Part shown: one piece after another, positions 28,595 to 41,754 of the stretch
Position numbering within the stretch: the stretch's first letter is position 1
How the letters are laid out: every line of letters begins with the position of its first letter
Assembly: GCF_009914755.1 (NCBI RefSeq)
Contig: NC_060947.1
DNA length: 64,000 nt
Direction: 5' to 3' (one strand)
DNA from: the human T2T-CHM13v2.0 reference genome, Homo sapiens
Notes under the pieces: model-generated
Databases searched by the model: none
Told to the model about the DNA's origin: nothing
What the model saw: the letters and a program-made list of their open reading frames with translations, nothing else
Translations under genes and position numbers: made by a program

Positions 28595-30245
28595 CTATAC
28601 AAATACATGGACATTAAATAATCTGCTCTTGAATGGTATTTGGGTCAACAATGAAATCAAGATGGAAATCAAAAATTTCTTTGAGCTGAATGATAATAGT
28701 GACACAACTTATCAAAACTTCTGGGATACAGCAAAAGTGGTGCTAAGAGGAAGATTCATAGCATTAAATGCCCATATCAAAAAGTCTAAAACAGCACAAA
28801 TAGACAATCTAAGGTCACATTACCCGACTTCAAACTATACTACAAGGCCGTAGTTACCAAAACAGCGTGGTACTGGTATAAAAATAGGCATGTAGACCAA
28901 TGGAACAAAATACAGAACACAGAAATAAAGCCAAATACAAACAACTGATCTTTGACATAACAAACAAAAACATAAAATGGGGAAAGGACACCCTGTTCAA
29001 CGAATGGTGCTGGGAAAATTGGCACGCCACATGTAGATAATTGAAACTGGATCCTCATCCCTCGCCTTGTACAAAAATCAACTCCAGATGGATCTAAGAT
29101 TTAAATCTAACACCTGAAACCATAAAAATTCTAGGAGATAACACTGGCAAAGCTATTCTAGACATTGGCTTAGGCAAAGAGTTCGTGACCAAGAACCCAA
29201 AAGCAAATGCAACAAAAACAAAAATAAATAGGTGGGACCTGATTAAACTGAAAAGCCTCTGCACAGCAAAAGAAATAATCAGCAGAGTAAACAGACAACC
29301 CACAGAATGAGAGAAAATATTTGCAAACCATGCATCTGATGACAAAGGACTAATATCCAGAATCTACAAGGAACTCAAACAAATCAGCAAGAAAAAAATA
29401 ACCCCATCAAAAAGTGGGCAAAGGAATGAATAGACAATTCTCAAAATATACAAATGGCCAATAAACATACGAAAAACTGTTCAACATCACTAATTATCAG
29501 GGAAATGCAAATTAAAACCACAATGAGATGCCACCTTACTCCTGCAAGAATGGCCATAATAAAAAAAAATCAAAAAAGAATAAATGTTGGTGTGAATGTG
29601 GTGAAAAGAGAACACTTTGACACTGCTGGTGGGAATGGAAACTAGTACAACCACTGTGGAAAACAGTACCGAGATTTCTTAAAGAACTACAAGTAGAACT
29701 ACCATTTGATCCAGCAATCCCACTACTGGGTATCTACCCAGAGGAAAAGAAGTCATTATTTGAAAAAGACACTTGTACATACATGTTTATAGCAGCACAA
29801 TTTGCAATTGCAAAGATATGGAACCAGTCTAAATGCCCATCAACCAACAAATGGATAAAGAAAATATGGTATATATACACCATGGAACACTACTCAGCCA
29901 TAAAAAGGAACAAAATAATGGCAACTCACAGATGGAGTTGGAGACCACTATTCTAAGTGAAATAACTCAGGAATGGAAAACCAAATATTGTATGTTCTCA
30001 CTTATAAGTGGGAGCTAAGCTATGAGGACAAAAGGCATAAGAATTATACTATGGACTTTGGGGACTCGGGGGAAAGGGTGGGAGGGGGATGAGGGACAAA
30101 AGACTACACATTGGGTGCAGTGTACACTGCTGAGGTGATGGGTGCACCAAAATCTCAGAAATTACCACTAAAGAACTTATCCATGTAACTAAAAACCACC
30201 TCTACCCAAATAATTTTGAAATAAAAAATAAAAATATTTTAAAAA
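28595..30245 (+). mobile_element. L1PB-like element with a large internal ORF2 deletion
   Basis: ORF2 peptides ([11 protein letters not shown]..., [10 protein letters not shown]...), 3'UTR, A-rich tail. Confidence 0.88.
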
Positions 30246-30755
30246 GAACTCTTTAAAATAAATAATGAAAAGCACCAACAGACTTATGAACAGGCAATAG
30301 AAAAAATGAGAAATAGAAAGGAATACAAATAAAAGTACAGAAAAAAAATATGGCAAGTTATTCAACCAAACTGGTAATTTGAAATCCAGATTGAAATAAT
30401 GCAAAAAAAAGGCAATTTCTGGCACCATGGCAGACCAGGTACCTGGATGATCTGTTGCTGAAAACAACTGAAAATGCTGGTTAAAATATATTAACACATT
30501 CTTGAATACAGTCATGGCCAAAGGAAGTCACATGACTAAGCCCACAGTCAAGGAGTGAGAAAGTATTCTCTACCTACCATGAGGCCAGGGCAAGGGTGTG
30601 CACTTTTTTTTTTCTTCTGTTCATTGAATACAGTCACTGTGTATTTTACATACTTTCATTTAGTCTTATGACAATCCTATGAAACAAGTACTTTTAAAAA
30701 AATTGAGATAACAGTTGCATACCGTGAAATTCATCCATTTAAAGTGAGCAATTCA

Positions 30756-30796
30756 CAGGTGCAGCTAGCTCAGTCAGCAGAGCATAAGACTCTTAA
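30756..30796 (+). pseudogene. Retroposed 5' half of tRNA-Lys(CTT)
   Basis: 32/38 match to GCCCGGCTAGCTCAGTCGGTAGAGCATGAGACTCTTAA; 15-bp TSD AAAGTGA(G/A)CAATTCA at 30741-30755 and 30795-30809. Confidence 0.8.
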
Positions 30797-30861
30797 AGTG
30801 AACAATTCAGTGCTTTTTAGTATATTCACAGAGTTGTGCAACCATCACCACTATCTAATTG

Positions 30862-31192
30862 GTCTTAGTCTGTTTGGGCTGCCATAACAAAATACCACAA
30901 ACTGGATAGCTCATAAACAACAGGCATTTATTGCTCACAGTTCTAGAGGCTGGAAGTGCAAGATTAAGATGCCAGCAGATTCTGTGTCTGCTGAGGGCCT
31001 GTTCCTCATAGAAGGTGCCCTCTTGCTGAATTCTCACATGGTGGAAGGGGGAAAACAAGCTTGCATTGCAAAGAGGTGGGCCTCTTTAATCCCAAAGGCC
31101 CCACCTCTAAAAGGCCCCACTTCTGAATACCATTACATTGAGAATTAAGTTTCAACATAGGAATTTGGGGGAACACAAATATCCAGACTGTA
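30862..31192 (-). mobile_element. MaLR LTR (MLT1A-like)
   Basis: gtcttagtctgtttgggctgccataacaaaataccac... typical MLT1 terminus. Confidence 0.75.
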
Positions 31193-31619
31193 GCATAATT
31201 CCAGAACGGATTCATCACCCACGGGGACCCCAGCCCCATGAGTAGTCACTCCCCATTCCTAGTCCCTGGCAACCACTAATCTACTTTCTGTAGGACCACT
31301 AACTGAATCTACCACAAGGGACTAATAAAAACCCTGCCCTGAGAATTCATAAGTATAAGTTGGCCCTTGCTCTGGTTGGCAGCTCAAAGTTGCACTACCT
31401 GAGTGACCTGACAAACCTTAAGTAGATAATTTAACTTCAAGGGTTTTCTTGACTGATAGAGCCCCAAGGTGCCTGGCAGAGCAAAATATGTCTTTTTGAA
31501 GGAGTCCTCATTGATACCAGACCTTAAATTCCATACATATTTATAGACTGATAAATCGCTAAACAATCAAGGAAACAAAGTCCCGTGAGGGAGATCCAGC
31601 AGAAACGATAGGTGACCAA

Positions 31620-32960
31620 ATTGAACCAAAAACTTCAGATACTGAAATTCAAGATTAGTTAACACTAGAAAATTTATTAATCCAATTTACCATATTCATG
31701 GAGAAACTCATATTATCTCAGTAGGTGGAAAATATTCAATGTAATTCAATATCCATTAATGATAAAATATCTTTTATCAAATCTAGGCATAGAAAGAACC
31801 ATCTTTAGTCAGGCACGGTGGCTCATGCCTGTAATCCCAGCACTTTGGGAGGCCGAGGTGGGTGTATTGCCCGAGGTCAGGAGTTCGAGACAGCCTGGCC
31901 AACATAGCTAAAAACCATCTCTATGAAAAATACAAAAATTAGCTGGGCGAGGTGACAAGCACCTGTAGTCTCAGCTATTCGGGAGGCTGAGGCAAGAGAA
32001 TCGCTTGAATCCAGGATGCAGAGGTTGAAGTGAGCTGAGATCATGCCACTGCACTTCAGCCTTCAGCCTGGGTGACAGTGAGATTCTGTCTCAAAACAAA
32101 CAAACAAACAAAAAAAATCTTCCCTCTTTAACCGATTTTAAAAAACTATTTGTAAAACATCTAAAATACCTACAACGAATATAGTTTTAAAAAGCTGAAT
32201 GTATTTCCTTTAACATGTTGAACAAGACAAAGATGCCTCCCTCTATAACCACTTTTCTCTGTGTCGTATTGTAAGTTCTATCCAGCAGAATAAGGCAAAA
32301 GTAAATTATCATGGTATAAAGACTGGGAAGGAAGAAACAAAATTGTTGTTATCTATGGATATATTATTGTCTTTGTAGAATATTTAAAAATCTACAGATA
32401 AATTATTAAAATTAATAAATGCTATTACTAAGGTTGTTAGCTACAGTCATACAAAGAAATCAATTGTATTTCTATACACCAAAGATACACAGAAAATTTA
32501 ATTTTAAAAGACACCATTTTGTTATGACATCTAAAATGATCAAATACCTAGGAATAAGTTGAACCATATATAGGTACTGTATGGAGAGAATTATAAAATT
32601 CTATCTGCATACATTGAAGAAGAGCTAAAAATTGAAAGAGAAACATGTTCATGGTTTGGAAGGCTTAATTTTATTAAGATGTAGGTTCTCCTGAAATTGG
32701 CCTATAGATTCAATGCAATCCTGGTAAAAATCTCAACAGGTATGTTTTGTGAAACTTGACAATCTAATTTCAAAATATGTGTGGAGTTGTAAAGAGCAGG
32801 ACTAGCTAAAGAAGAACAAAGTGGGGGACCTGTCTTGCAGATAGCAAGACCTTAATAAAGCTATGGTAATTAAGAGTGTGGTATAGGCACAGAAATAGAC
32901 CAATGGACCAGAAGGGAGAGGCTAGAAACAGATTTGTGCATATTTAGACACTTGATAAGG
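31620..32960 (+). mobile_element. Old L1M ORF2 remnant containing an Alu (~31808-32116)
   Basis: Degenerate ORF2 similarity; Alu dimer. Confidence 0.75.
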
Positions 32961-35900
32961 TGACATGAGACATCAATCAATATATGTAAGATGTACATTG
33001 GTTTCATCCAGTAAGGTGGGACAACTGAAATAGAGGAGGAAGCTTCCAGATCGTGGGTAGATAAGAGACAAATGGTTGAATTCTTTTGAGTTTCTGATTA
33101 GCCTTTCACTGGATACACAATTTACAGGAATAGTCAATATGTCTTGGTCTGGCTCAGTGCAACAGTAGGGCAAAAGAAGTAATCAGGTATGCATTTGTGT
33201 CATGTGAGTAGAGGGATGACTTTGAGTCCTGCCTGCCACTTGTTTCACAAGGAATTTCCTTGTGGGCAAATTGTGAGGGAGGTATGTAGCTTACTTATTT
33301 ATTTATTTATTTATTTATTTATTAATCTTTATAGCTATCTTATTTAGGAATAGAATGGGAGGGAGATTTGCCCAATGCAGTTCCCTGCTTGACTTTTCCC
33401 TTTGGCTTAGTGATTTTGGGGAGATTTATTTTCCTTTCATATTCTCCCCTTTTCTTTTTAAAATCTTTCGGAGAAAGCACTTTAGAAGAAAATGAGCCTC
33501 TGGTCTCAGGTTTTGTCTGATCTGTCGTGGCTAGGATGCTTTATTCCTAGACAGATAGGTCCCACATTATTAGGAAAGCTCATTTTTAGCAGGTTGTGAA
33601 GTCTCATGTCCTACAAAGGGAAAATAGGGGTAGGAAGAGAGAAAAACAACAACAAACAAACAAAAACTGAGGAACAATCCTGGAAAATCAATATAGGCCA
33701 TATTCCTCTGAAGTCCATACATCAGTAGGCAGGCATGAAATTGGTTTATGTGTAATATGTAAATTGGTTGCTGTTGTTTTCTTCTGAAGTTTAAGTTGTC
33801 TAGCTTTAGTTTACAGAGCTTTAAGAAAGCACAGCTTAATTTTTAAATTTCAAATCAGGAAAAATGGGAAAAAAGGAAAGAATAAAAAATTGAAAACGTT
33901 ATTTTGGAGACTTGTAGCCAGAAAAAATTTTAGAATTCAGCCCAAACTGTAGAAAATAATAAAAATGGAAAAACGTTAGGGAAGACCAGAATCTAATAAC
34001 AGGTGTACCATAGTTTATTTTGAAACATAATTTTTCTCTCTCCAGTTCCATTTTCAGTAAAGACAAATCATAGGACAAATTCATTTGCAAAATAAGTTTT
34101 AGTCTTATTATACTTGGCTGGAGTAGTCACATAAAGTCAGCAAGAATAATTATTTGCCATATAGGCTCCTCTTTTTTTTTAAAATTGGCTTTGCTGGAAC
34201 TTTATTCCATAAGGAATCTCAGATTTGAATTTAATGTCTTAAGCCCAGCCTATGTCTGCAAATACCTATGTTAATTGGGTGAATTCCTTACCTCGAGGTT
34301 CCAAGAAAACTTGGGGATCCTGGGCCAGTCAGAAAGTGACATTTTTCACTTACCACAGGTCAGGAACCTGTATAGGGACTGCATAGACAAGGTATGAGGC
34401 ATGTTTTCCCAAGGGGCTTTTATTGGCTCTATAATTCAACTTTGATTACTTGAAGGAATCTGTATTTGAAAGCATGTTATTCCAGTCAAAACCTTGGTAG
34501 AATAACCAGTGTCTCCAATTGTGTCCTGTTACCAAAGAAAGCAGATTCTTATTGTACTTGGGCAAATAACAATATTGCCACAAGTTGAGAATACTCACAA
34601 CTACTTTCCAAATTTTGGAGAAATCAGGTAGAGAGAAATGTGCTCCAAATTTTGTTTATAGGAATATATTTTACTTAATTGTCAAAAGTTTCAAAAAGTT
34701 TCTTTGGCTCTGAAAAACAAACAAAAGATCAGCAATGTTTTAGGCAAAAAGTCATAAAAGGATTTATTTCAGTCTTCTATTAGTTTAGTCCATGCAGTTA
34801 ACTCCTGTTCTGCTTGATATTCATGAACATTTCAGCTCTCTATGGGAGTCTTGGAAGTTTTTCCTCTAATCTAGTGTCACAATCTCCAAGGTTATCAGAA
34901 ACCTGCAATCAAGAGCACCTGTCAGAGTCCTATGCTGATTATAAACCACCTTTTGAAAAGGATAAAAATAAAACAACTGTGGATGACAAAAGTCTTAAAA
35001 TAGTCATAGTTAAACACACAATTGACAAGAAAATTTGGTTATTTCTGTGGCATACAACAGTTTTACATAATAATCATAATCACTACTGATAACATATGCT
35101 AAGACCTATCAGAATCACAGGAATTTCATACAATTCTGGAACATACACTAATAACACAGTTATATAAACATAATCCAAAGAAGCTTAAACACTGTTTCAT
35201 ATTTGACAATACTTCCTGTATGACTTTATTATACCAAATAAGCTGAATATGTCTCTTCTGAACTTCAGGGAACTAATATAAAAAAATTAATGAGGACTGA
35301 AGTTAACATTTGATTTTGGAAAGTTTGTCAAATATAAAAAGTTTAAAACACTTGATATCACAAAATAGGATCACAGGTCATTGTAAAATAAGTCATTCAT
35401 TTAGCCAAAGTGATAACTCAGTTTTTTTTTTAAAGGTGAAAATCTTTAGTCTTTGAGAGAGGAGACTTAATTTTCCAAACAATAAGCCCTAATAAAGACA
35501 GCATGAGGCCAATTAAATTTTTTTTTCAAAATTTTATAAACAATCTATAAAATGTTAACCATCCTGACCATAAGATATAATTTCCATAGCCTTTTTATAA
35601 CCTTTATAATCTTTTATTAAGGAGTAGTTTAACGCTCCAAGAAAACCTTGTTAATCTGACATAGGGACCCCTATGCTAGTCCTACATCAGTGTGCCTTCA
35701 ACATTAATGGTTAATTTATAGAGAAACTGAACTTACTTTATCTCTCAAAATCAGCCCTTACAATCTCATGTGCTTGCCTCTTCCACGATAGTCCCTGGGC
35801 CTTGAGAAGTTAAATAGTTTTAATTTCTGGCCATGTGTCTCATGAACAAAGTTTATTTTCATTGGCATCTTCTATGGGGTTTGAAGATAAGGATTTAACT

Positions 35901-36697
35901 GCCGTCAGTGTTTAATATTTAGCAGGACTTGGGGTTCTTTTCAGACCCAGTAGTCAAAGCCCTGTGACTCACTGGCACAAGAACTTTAAAAGCACATATA
36001 GAAAGTCACACGGATGTAATAACCTTAATTTTAAAAAAAGTTTTAATCTCAGTTTTTTCCCTAAACAAATCAAAACTTAGTAATAATGACATAGAAATTA
36101 TTTTGATAAAGCATAAAATCTGTTTATTAGGCCAGTTACCCAAAGGCAAAAGAGACCTTCTGCAGTGCGACTGCTGTTCCCTATGGGGAGTTCCATTTAG
36201 ATAAGTTCGAGTCAAAACTAATGAAAAAGGTACTTGAACTAGTTAGACATAGGAAGAATGTTTCCTGGATCATAAATGCAAATTTTCAGATCCATAGAAC
36301 AATTTAAAGCCAAGAGCACAGAATATTATGTTGGAAGGAAACACTTTCTTTAGACCTTTAAGATAAAACATTTTTAGCATCAGATCACAACAAACAGAAA
36401 CCGAAGGAGGAAAAAAAAAACCGTACAGGAGCTGAAAATGAGTTGAAGGAGAGTTATTATTTCAGACTTTTAACGGAGAGAAAGCTGAAAACACGAGACA
36501 CAAAGTTGAACTTTGCATTAAAAATCATAATGTCTTATAGTTTTATTAAGGGTAAAGCAAATACCTTAAGAAAATATCATTGTTCTAATCAATCCTTTAG
36601 TGTATAAGTGTTTTTTTCTTTAAATATCAAAACCCAATCTCTAGAAAAACCATTATAAATGATTTCCCTTTAATTATAGACAACTTGATCATGTAAG

Positions 36698-37921
36698 TTT
36701 TTTTATTTTCATAATTGAGATTTTATTGGTTGAGGATCAGTACAGACATTTCAATTTGTACACAAATCTTAACATACATAACGAAATTCTAAAAAGCCAT
36801 GTATTGTAATTCTTTTTTAAAGTTATTCCAGTGACTTTCCAGCTTAAAATTTGGAAGCAAATTTTCCTTAAGAGGCTATCAAGTACCAGTATCTTCACAT
36901 GTTGGTCAGCTGTTACATACGGCCCACCAGTTCACAACTGAATAGCACGTACACTACATGTTCAAATTTGTAATCTTTCACAGCACAGTAACCAAGTGAT
37001 TAGGAAAACCACAACCAAAGATGTTACAGAGTGCACACAATTCTGACAGGGAGAGCCATGATCAAAGAGTGGTTTTCTTTAGGAAACAATTCTACTAAAA
37101 AACAACATGGGAATAGAAGTAATTTAAAATGTTCAAGACATTAAATGCAGGACTGACTCCATATTGCCATTTAATATGCTTTGTATTATAGGATATAAAA
37201 ACTAACCCCCCCATCTATGGAATGTTAAGCTGACACCCGAGACAGTCAGAGCCTCCCATAATTCAATATCCCACACTATTTTCTGGTTGTACCAAAAAAT
37301 AAACAACCAGCAAATGATTTCACCTCTTAAAAAAAGCATTTACACTTAAAAAATGGGATGAGGTGGGATTCCCTCCTTCTTAAAAATGTTTCTAGAGCTA
37401 CTAAAAAACTTGCATTTACAAAATAGTTGATAAAAATATTCCTCTGGATTGTACAAGAAGGGAGACAGGGACCACTGATAAGACATGGTATATGGTATTA
37501 ATCAGACTTGGCTTCTTTCTCTCCTGCTTCATCAGAGGCTGGACTCTCCTCAGTTTTCGTTTCCCTGTTTACTGCAGGTAAATCTTCTTTAGTTTCTTGG
37601 TTAGCCACTTCGGCCTGTTTTCCCTTTGCTCTCCTTTTCCCTTTTGTTTGCACTTTTTTGTCTGAAGATTTATCCTTCGCTGCTGCCTTTTTTGGCTTCA
37701 CTTCCACTTTTGCAGGAGGTTTAGCTGACAACCGCGCCGATCTCCTCTTGGGCTCTTCCTTGGCGGCCCCTTTGGTGGAGCTGACCTTCCTCTTGGGCAT
37801 CCTGGTGGCAGGGAGGGTGTGTGCCGGGTGCCTGCGGGCTGCGGCGCGCCGAGAGCCTTCGCGAAACTGGGCTGCCTGGCCGCTGCCACTCCTCCCGCCA
37901 CCCGAGCTGCTGAGACCCACC
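36698..37921 (-). pseudogene. HMGN1 (HMG-14) processed retrocopy, full length, ORF 37800-37498 intact (100 aa)
   Basis: MPKRK...RRSARLSAKP...EKEAKSD without introns; GC-rich 5'UTR, long 3'UTR, AATAAA near 36725, decayed poly(A) 36698-36709; TSD GATCAT(G/A)TAAG at 36687-36697 and 37922-37932. Confidence 0.95.
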
Positions 37922-38663
37922 GATCATATAAGATTTGATCCCATATTTTTTTTTTCTTAAAAGGAGGAACTGAGCTGTGGCCAGACCATTCATGATATGC
38001 TTGGACTTTCTGGTTTGTCCTGACCTTCCCTCTTTCTTAAATAAACAATCATTTTATTCTGGGACAAAAAATTACCATATAAGATTCTTTATCATATAAA
38101 ATTATTTTTAAGCTTTCTTACCAAAAATACTTCATTTCTATACCTTTCTTTACATATCTCTTATTTCCCGGTTCTTTTTACCTTGTTTTATACATAACCT
38201 TTAAATAACCTTTGAATTAGACAAAAATTACTCACCCTTTAACAAGAACACACACATTTTTTAGAAAAAATGTTTTCCTACAATACATATTTTTTCATTA
38301 GAAAACACCCATTTAATGAAATACCTATTATTTAACTTTAGATTCTAAATGATGGCAAGTTTATCTACAAGTATTTATCCCATCACATTTACCTAATTAT
38401 TTTATTTTAATAGTTTACCTAGATTATTTATGAAAACTGCAACAGTCACCAAAGTTATTTTCCTGTCAACCATTTTATAGCTTGTGAATTTCAGGCATTT
38501 ATCTGAGTTAGAATCTTAAGATTGAATACATGGTTATTTTACCAAATAATTCAGGATTTAGCTGTCTTCATTAAACCAATAATAATGTCTTTTTTGTGAA
38601 AGATTACACAAGCAAAGATCATTCTGTTTTGGGCTGGGTTTATTGTTTAATAACCTTTATGAC

Positions 38664-38974
<311 letters not shown>

Positions 38975-40323
38975 TTATAATATTTGGCAGGGATAAGTAT
39001 GAAATCTCTTGATCAATAAATGCAAACAAAAATGTATACTGACATTTCTGAAGATATTTGTAATATTACTCTACCAATAATTTTAAAGCTAGCTTAGTAA
39101 AAACTCTACTTAAGTCATGTGAGCTTGAAAAGCATTTGGGCTTATTATTTAATTTATGAGTACTCTTTAAGCCAAATTTGGTACCTTGTGGCAGAAAACA
39201 TATAACCAAATACATCTACATACACGTAAACACACACACATACACACTCATATAAACAAATATCCTAGAGCATTTACTTCAGAACTCTAGCCATGCGATA
39301 TTAATAACAACTCATTGGTTTGCAAAAACAATAACAAAAAGAAACGGTTAGGTGCAAACAGTGGATTTTATCTCAGTAGAAAAGTAACAACAGACTTAAA
39401 GCAGGCAGAAAAGAAAGCAGAGAGATAGAGAACTCAGGAGCTTTATAGTTGCAGATTGACCTTCAGGCTCGGAATTTTCCTTGATGTAATCTGCCTGTCA
39501 GTTTAAAACGTGCACAATAACAGACCTAACGCGTGAGCAGCTGGAGTCGTAGGAAATCCGGCCCTTCCATTTACACAGCCACTTGCGAGTACAGGAGCCA
39601 TGAAACCAAATGGGCTTCCAAGGGGGCTTGTTCTCCTTGTCTTTCCTTATTCTTAGATGATGTGTTTCCCACATTGTTTTTTTCTTAAAAGGAGGAACTG
39701 AGCTGTGGCCTAGGGTTTAGTGTGGTGGGTCAAAGTGTGCTGGTTGCGGACAGGACTCCACAATGCATCACCACTGAATTGTTTCGGCCCTCTTTTGTGT
39801 CTCAGTTTCTCTCTCCAGAGGTCTAGCACCTCTGGGAGGGCTCAAAGCTTGGGGTGAGCAGCTCCTATATGTGCTCCCTGGACGAGGCTTTTAAAACTAA
39901 TTTTGTTGGCAATTCCCTGTAGGGCTACTGCACATCACATGGAGGCAACCCCCAGACACTCCCACTTGGCCTCCAGTCACCCAGGAGCACCTTTTGACTG
40001 GGAGGAGCAAAATGCCCTTTCTCTTTGGGGTTGAGGAAACTCAGTCTCTCATTTATCTATGAAAGTGACAGTGCAGTTCCTCATGCAAATATGCAGACAA
40101 GCCAATGGAGATTAATTTGGGCAGGAAAGGCAATGGAGAAGACTCTTTAAAATGCACCTCTGAATTAGAATTGAGATCCTAAACAACCTCCTAGGAGGAA
40201 AAAAGCCCAGCCAAGACCACTTTCTGTAAACTGTCCTCGGCCACCTTTAACTGTAGCTCTTGTCTGCTATTACACATGCCAAGGTCAAATCCTCTCACAG
40301 GACAAGGTAATCTCTGGTACCCC

Positions 40324-40816
40324 TGATACAGGACTTAAGAAGAAATCACTTAGGCAGACAGTAAGGGTATGGGGATCCTCAGTAAAGTTTTTCTTTTTAA
40401 TGAAAAGCAGCCCCAAATGATTTTCTAACAAAGAGCAGCCTGTAAAGTTCAGCTGCAGACATAGAGAGGCAAGATGGCTCCAATCAACTGGAAAGTCCAT
40501 TTGCATAATAATATTCAGCTGGGGCCACCAGCCTTCCCCCGCACTATGTAAACGTCATACCTGATCGAACCAATCTGTCAGCCCTATGTAAATCAGACAC
40601 CACCTCCTCAAACCTGACTAAAATTTGGCGCATCCACCACCCGCTGGTCCTTTCCACCGGGAGACCCCTTTCTCTATAGAGAAAGCTGCTTCTCTTTCTC
40701 TTCTCTTCTGCTCATTAAACCTCTGCTCCTAGACTTGTGTGTGTCCATGTCCTAAATTTTCCTGGTGCATGACAACGAACCCCAGGGTGTATACCCCAGA
40801 CAATGTAGCCACTTCA
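40324..40816 (+). mobile_element. Solo ERV1-class LTR nested in the provirus in opposite orientation
   Basis: TG...CA ends; CCCC 4-bp target duplication on both sides; CCAAT, TATA-like and ATTAAA signals; subfamily not determined. Confidence 0.7.
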
Positions 40817-41736
40817 CCCCCAGAAGCCAAAGAGGTCAGGTAATGCAATACAGGAGAGCAGAGCTTTACACCTAAGAAGAATCTGCCCATGACTCTTGAA
40901 ACTCCACAAAGAAAACAGAACAGCCCCAAAGGAGTGAACGGTGCCTTTGTCCTGAGTTCTTTAAAGGGTTAGAGTCATTAGATGCCTTCTTTATATTCTT
41001 CTTGGTACCAAAGATGGCGAGGGGAGAAGGAGGAATAGGGTGGAAGAAAAGTAAACGAAAGAACAGTTATTTTTTTAAGACAGGGAGCAAACACACAAAC
41101 CAACTGCATGTTTGGTCATTTTTTTCTCTTTTGCAGCTGCGAGGAATTTTAGCCAATTCAGAGATACCTTGTTACTCACTATTTGGAATTCTCATTCAAA
41201 TTTGACCAAGTCAGGTAGAATTGGCCAAATCTGATGGGAGAAAGACTGGAACAAACAACAAAAGAACCCCAACAATATGATTACTGAGTCCTCTAATGGT
41301 AAGGAGAAATTAAGACCAGCCGACTGTGAATCATAACTTTAGCCAAGAGAAAACTCCAATTCAGCTACTTACCTAGGAGTGGGTCTCAGGCTGAAGACTG
41401 CTCTCTACCATCCCAGAAGTAGGAAAAAACTCAAACTCACCTTCCCTGTTGGAAGTGAGCTCAAATTCCAGAATGCAGTTATTTGCCTTTCATTGTCATG
41501 GAAGCAGGAAAACTTGCCTTCCTTGTTGGAAGCAAGCAAAACTCCAGAAAAGGAGTTGTACAGCAAAATAAACTTTAGATCTCAACCAAATTTTGGGAGA
41601 TGAGGGATTCTCTGGAGGGAGGGGAGCTCCCAGGCCTCAGCAAATTGTTCTATTGGTTTGAGCCATAAAGATAGCTCGAGTTGGTACCAAGTACTGATAG
41701 GAGATTTGTCAAAGGTCAGGGCCACCTCCACTCAGA

Positions 41737-41754
41737 GTCTCTTTGTGGTCACCA
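41737..41754 (-). other. Primer-binding site, tRNA-Arg-like (TGGTGACCACAAAGAGAC)
   Basis: Directly follows the 5' LTR; resembles TGGCGACCACGAAGGGAC with 3 mismatches. Confidence 0.65.

Noticed and set aside
37508-37960. 150-aa ORF antisense to the HMGN1 retrocopy
   Set aside because: Shadow frame of the biased HMGN1 codons
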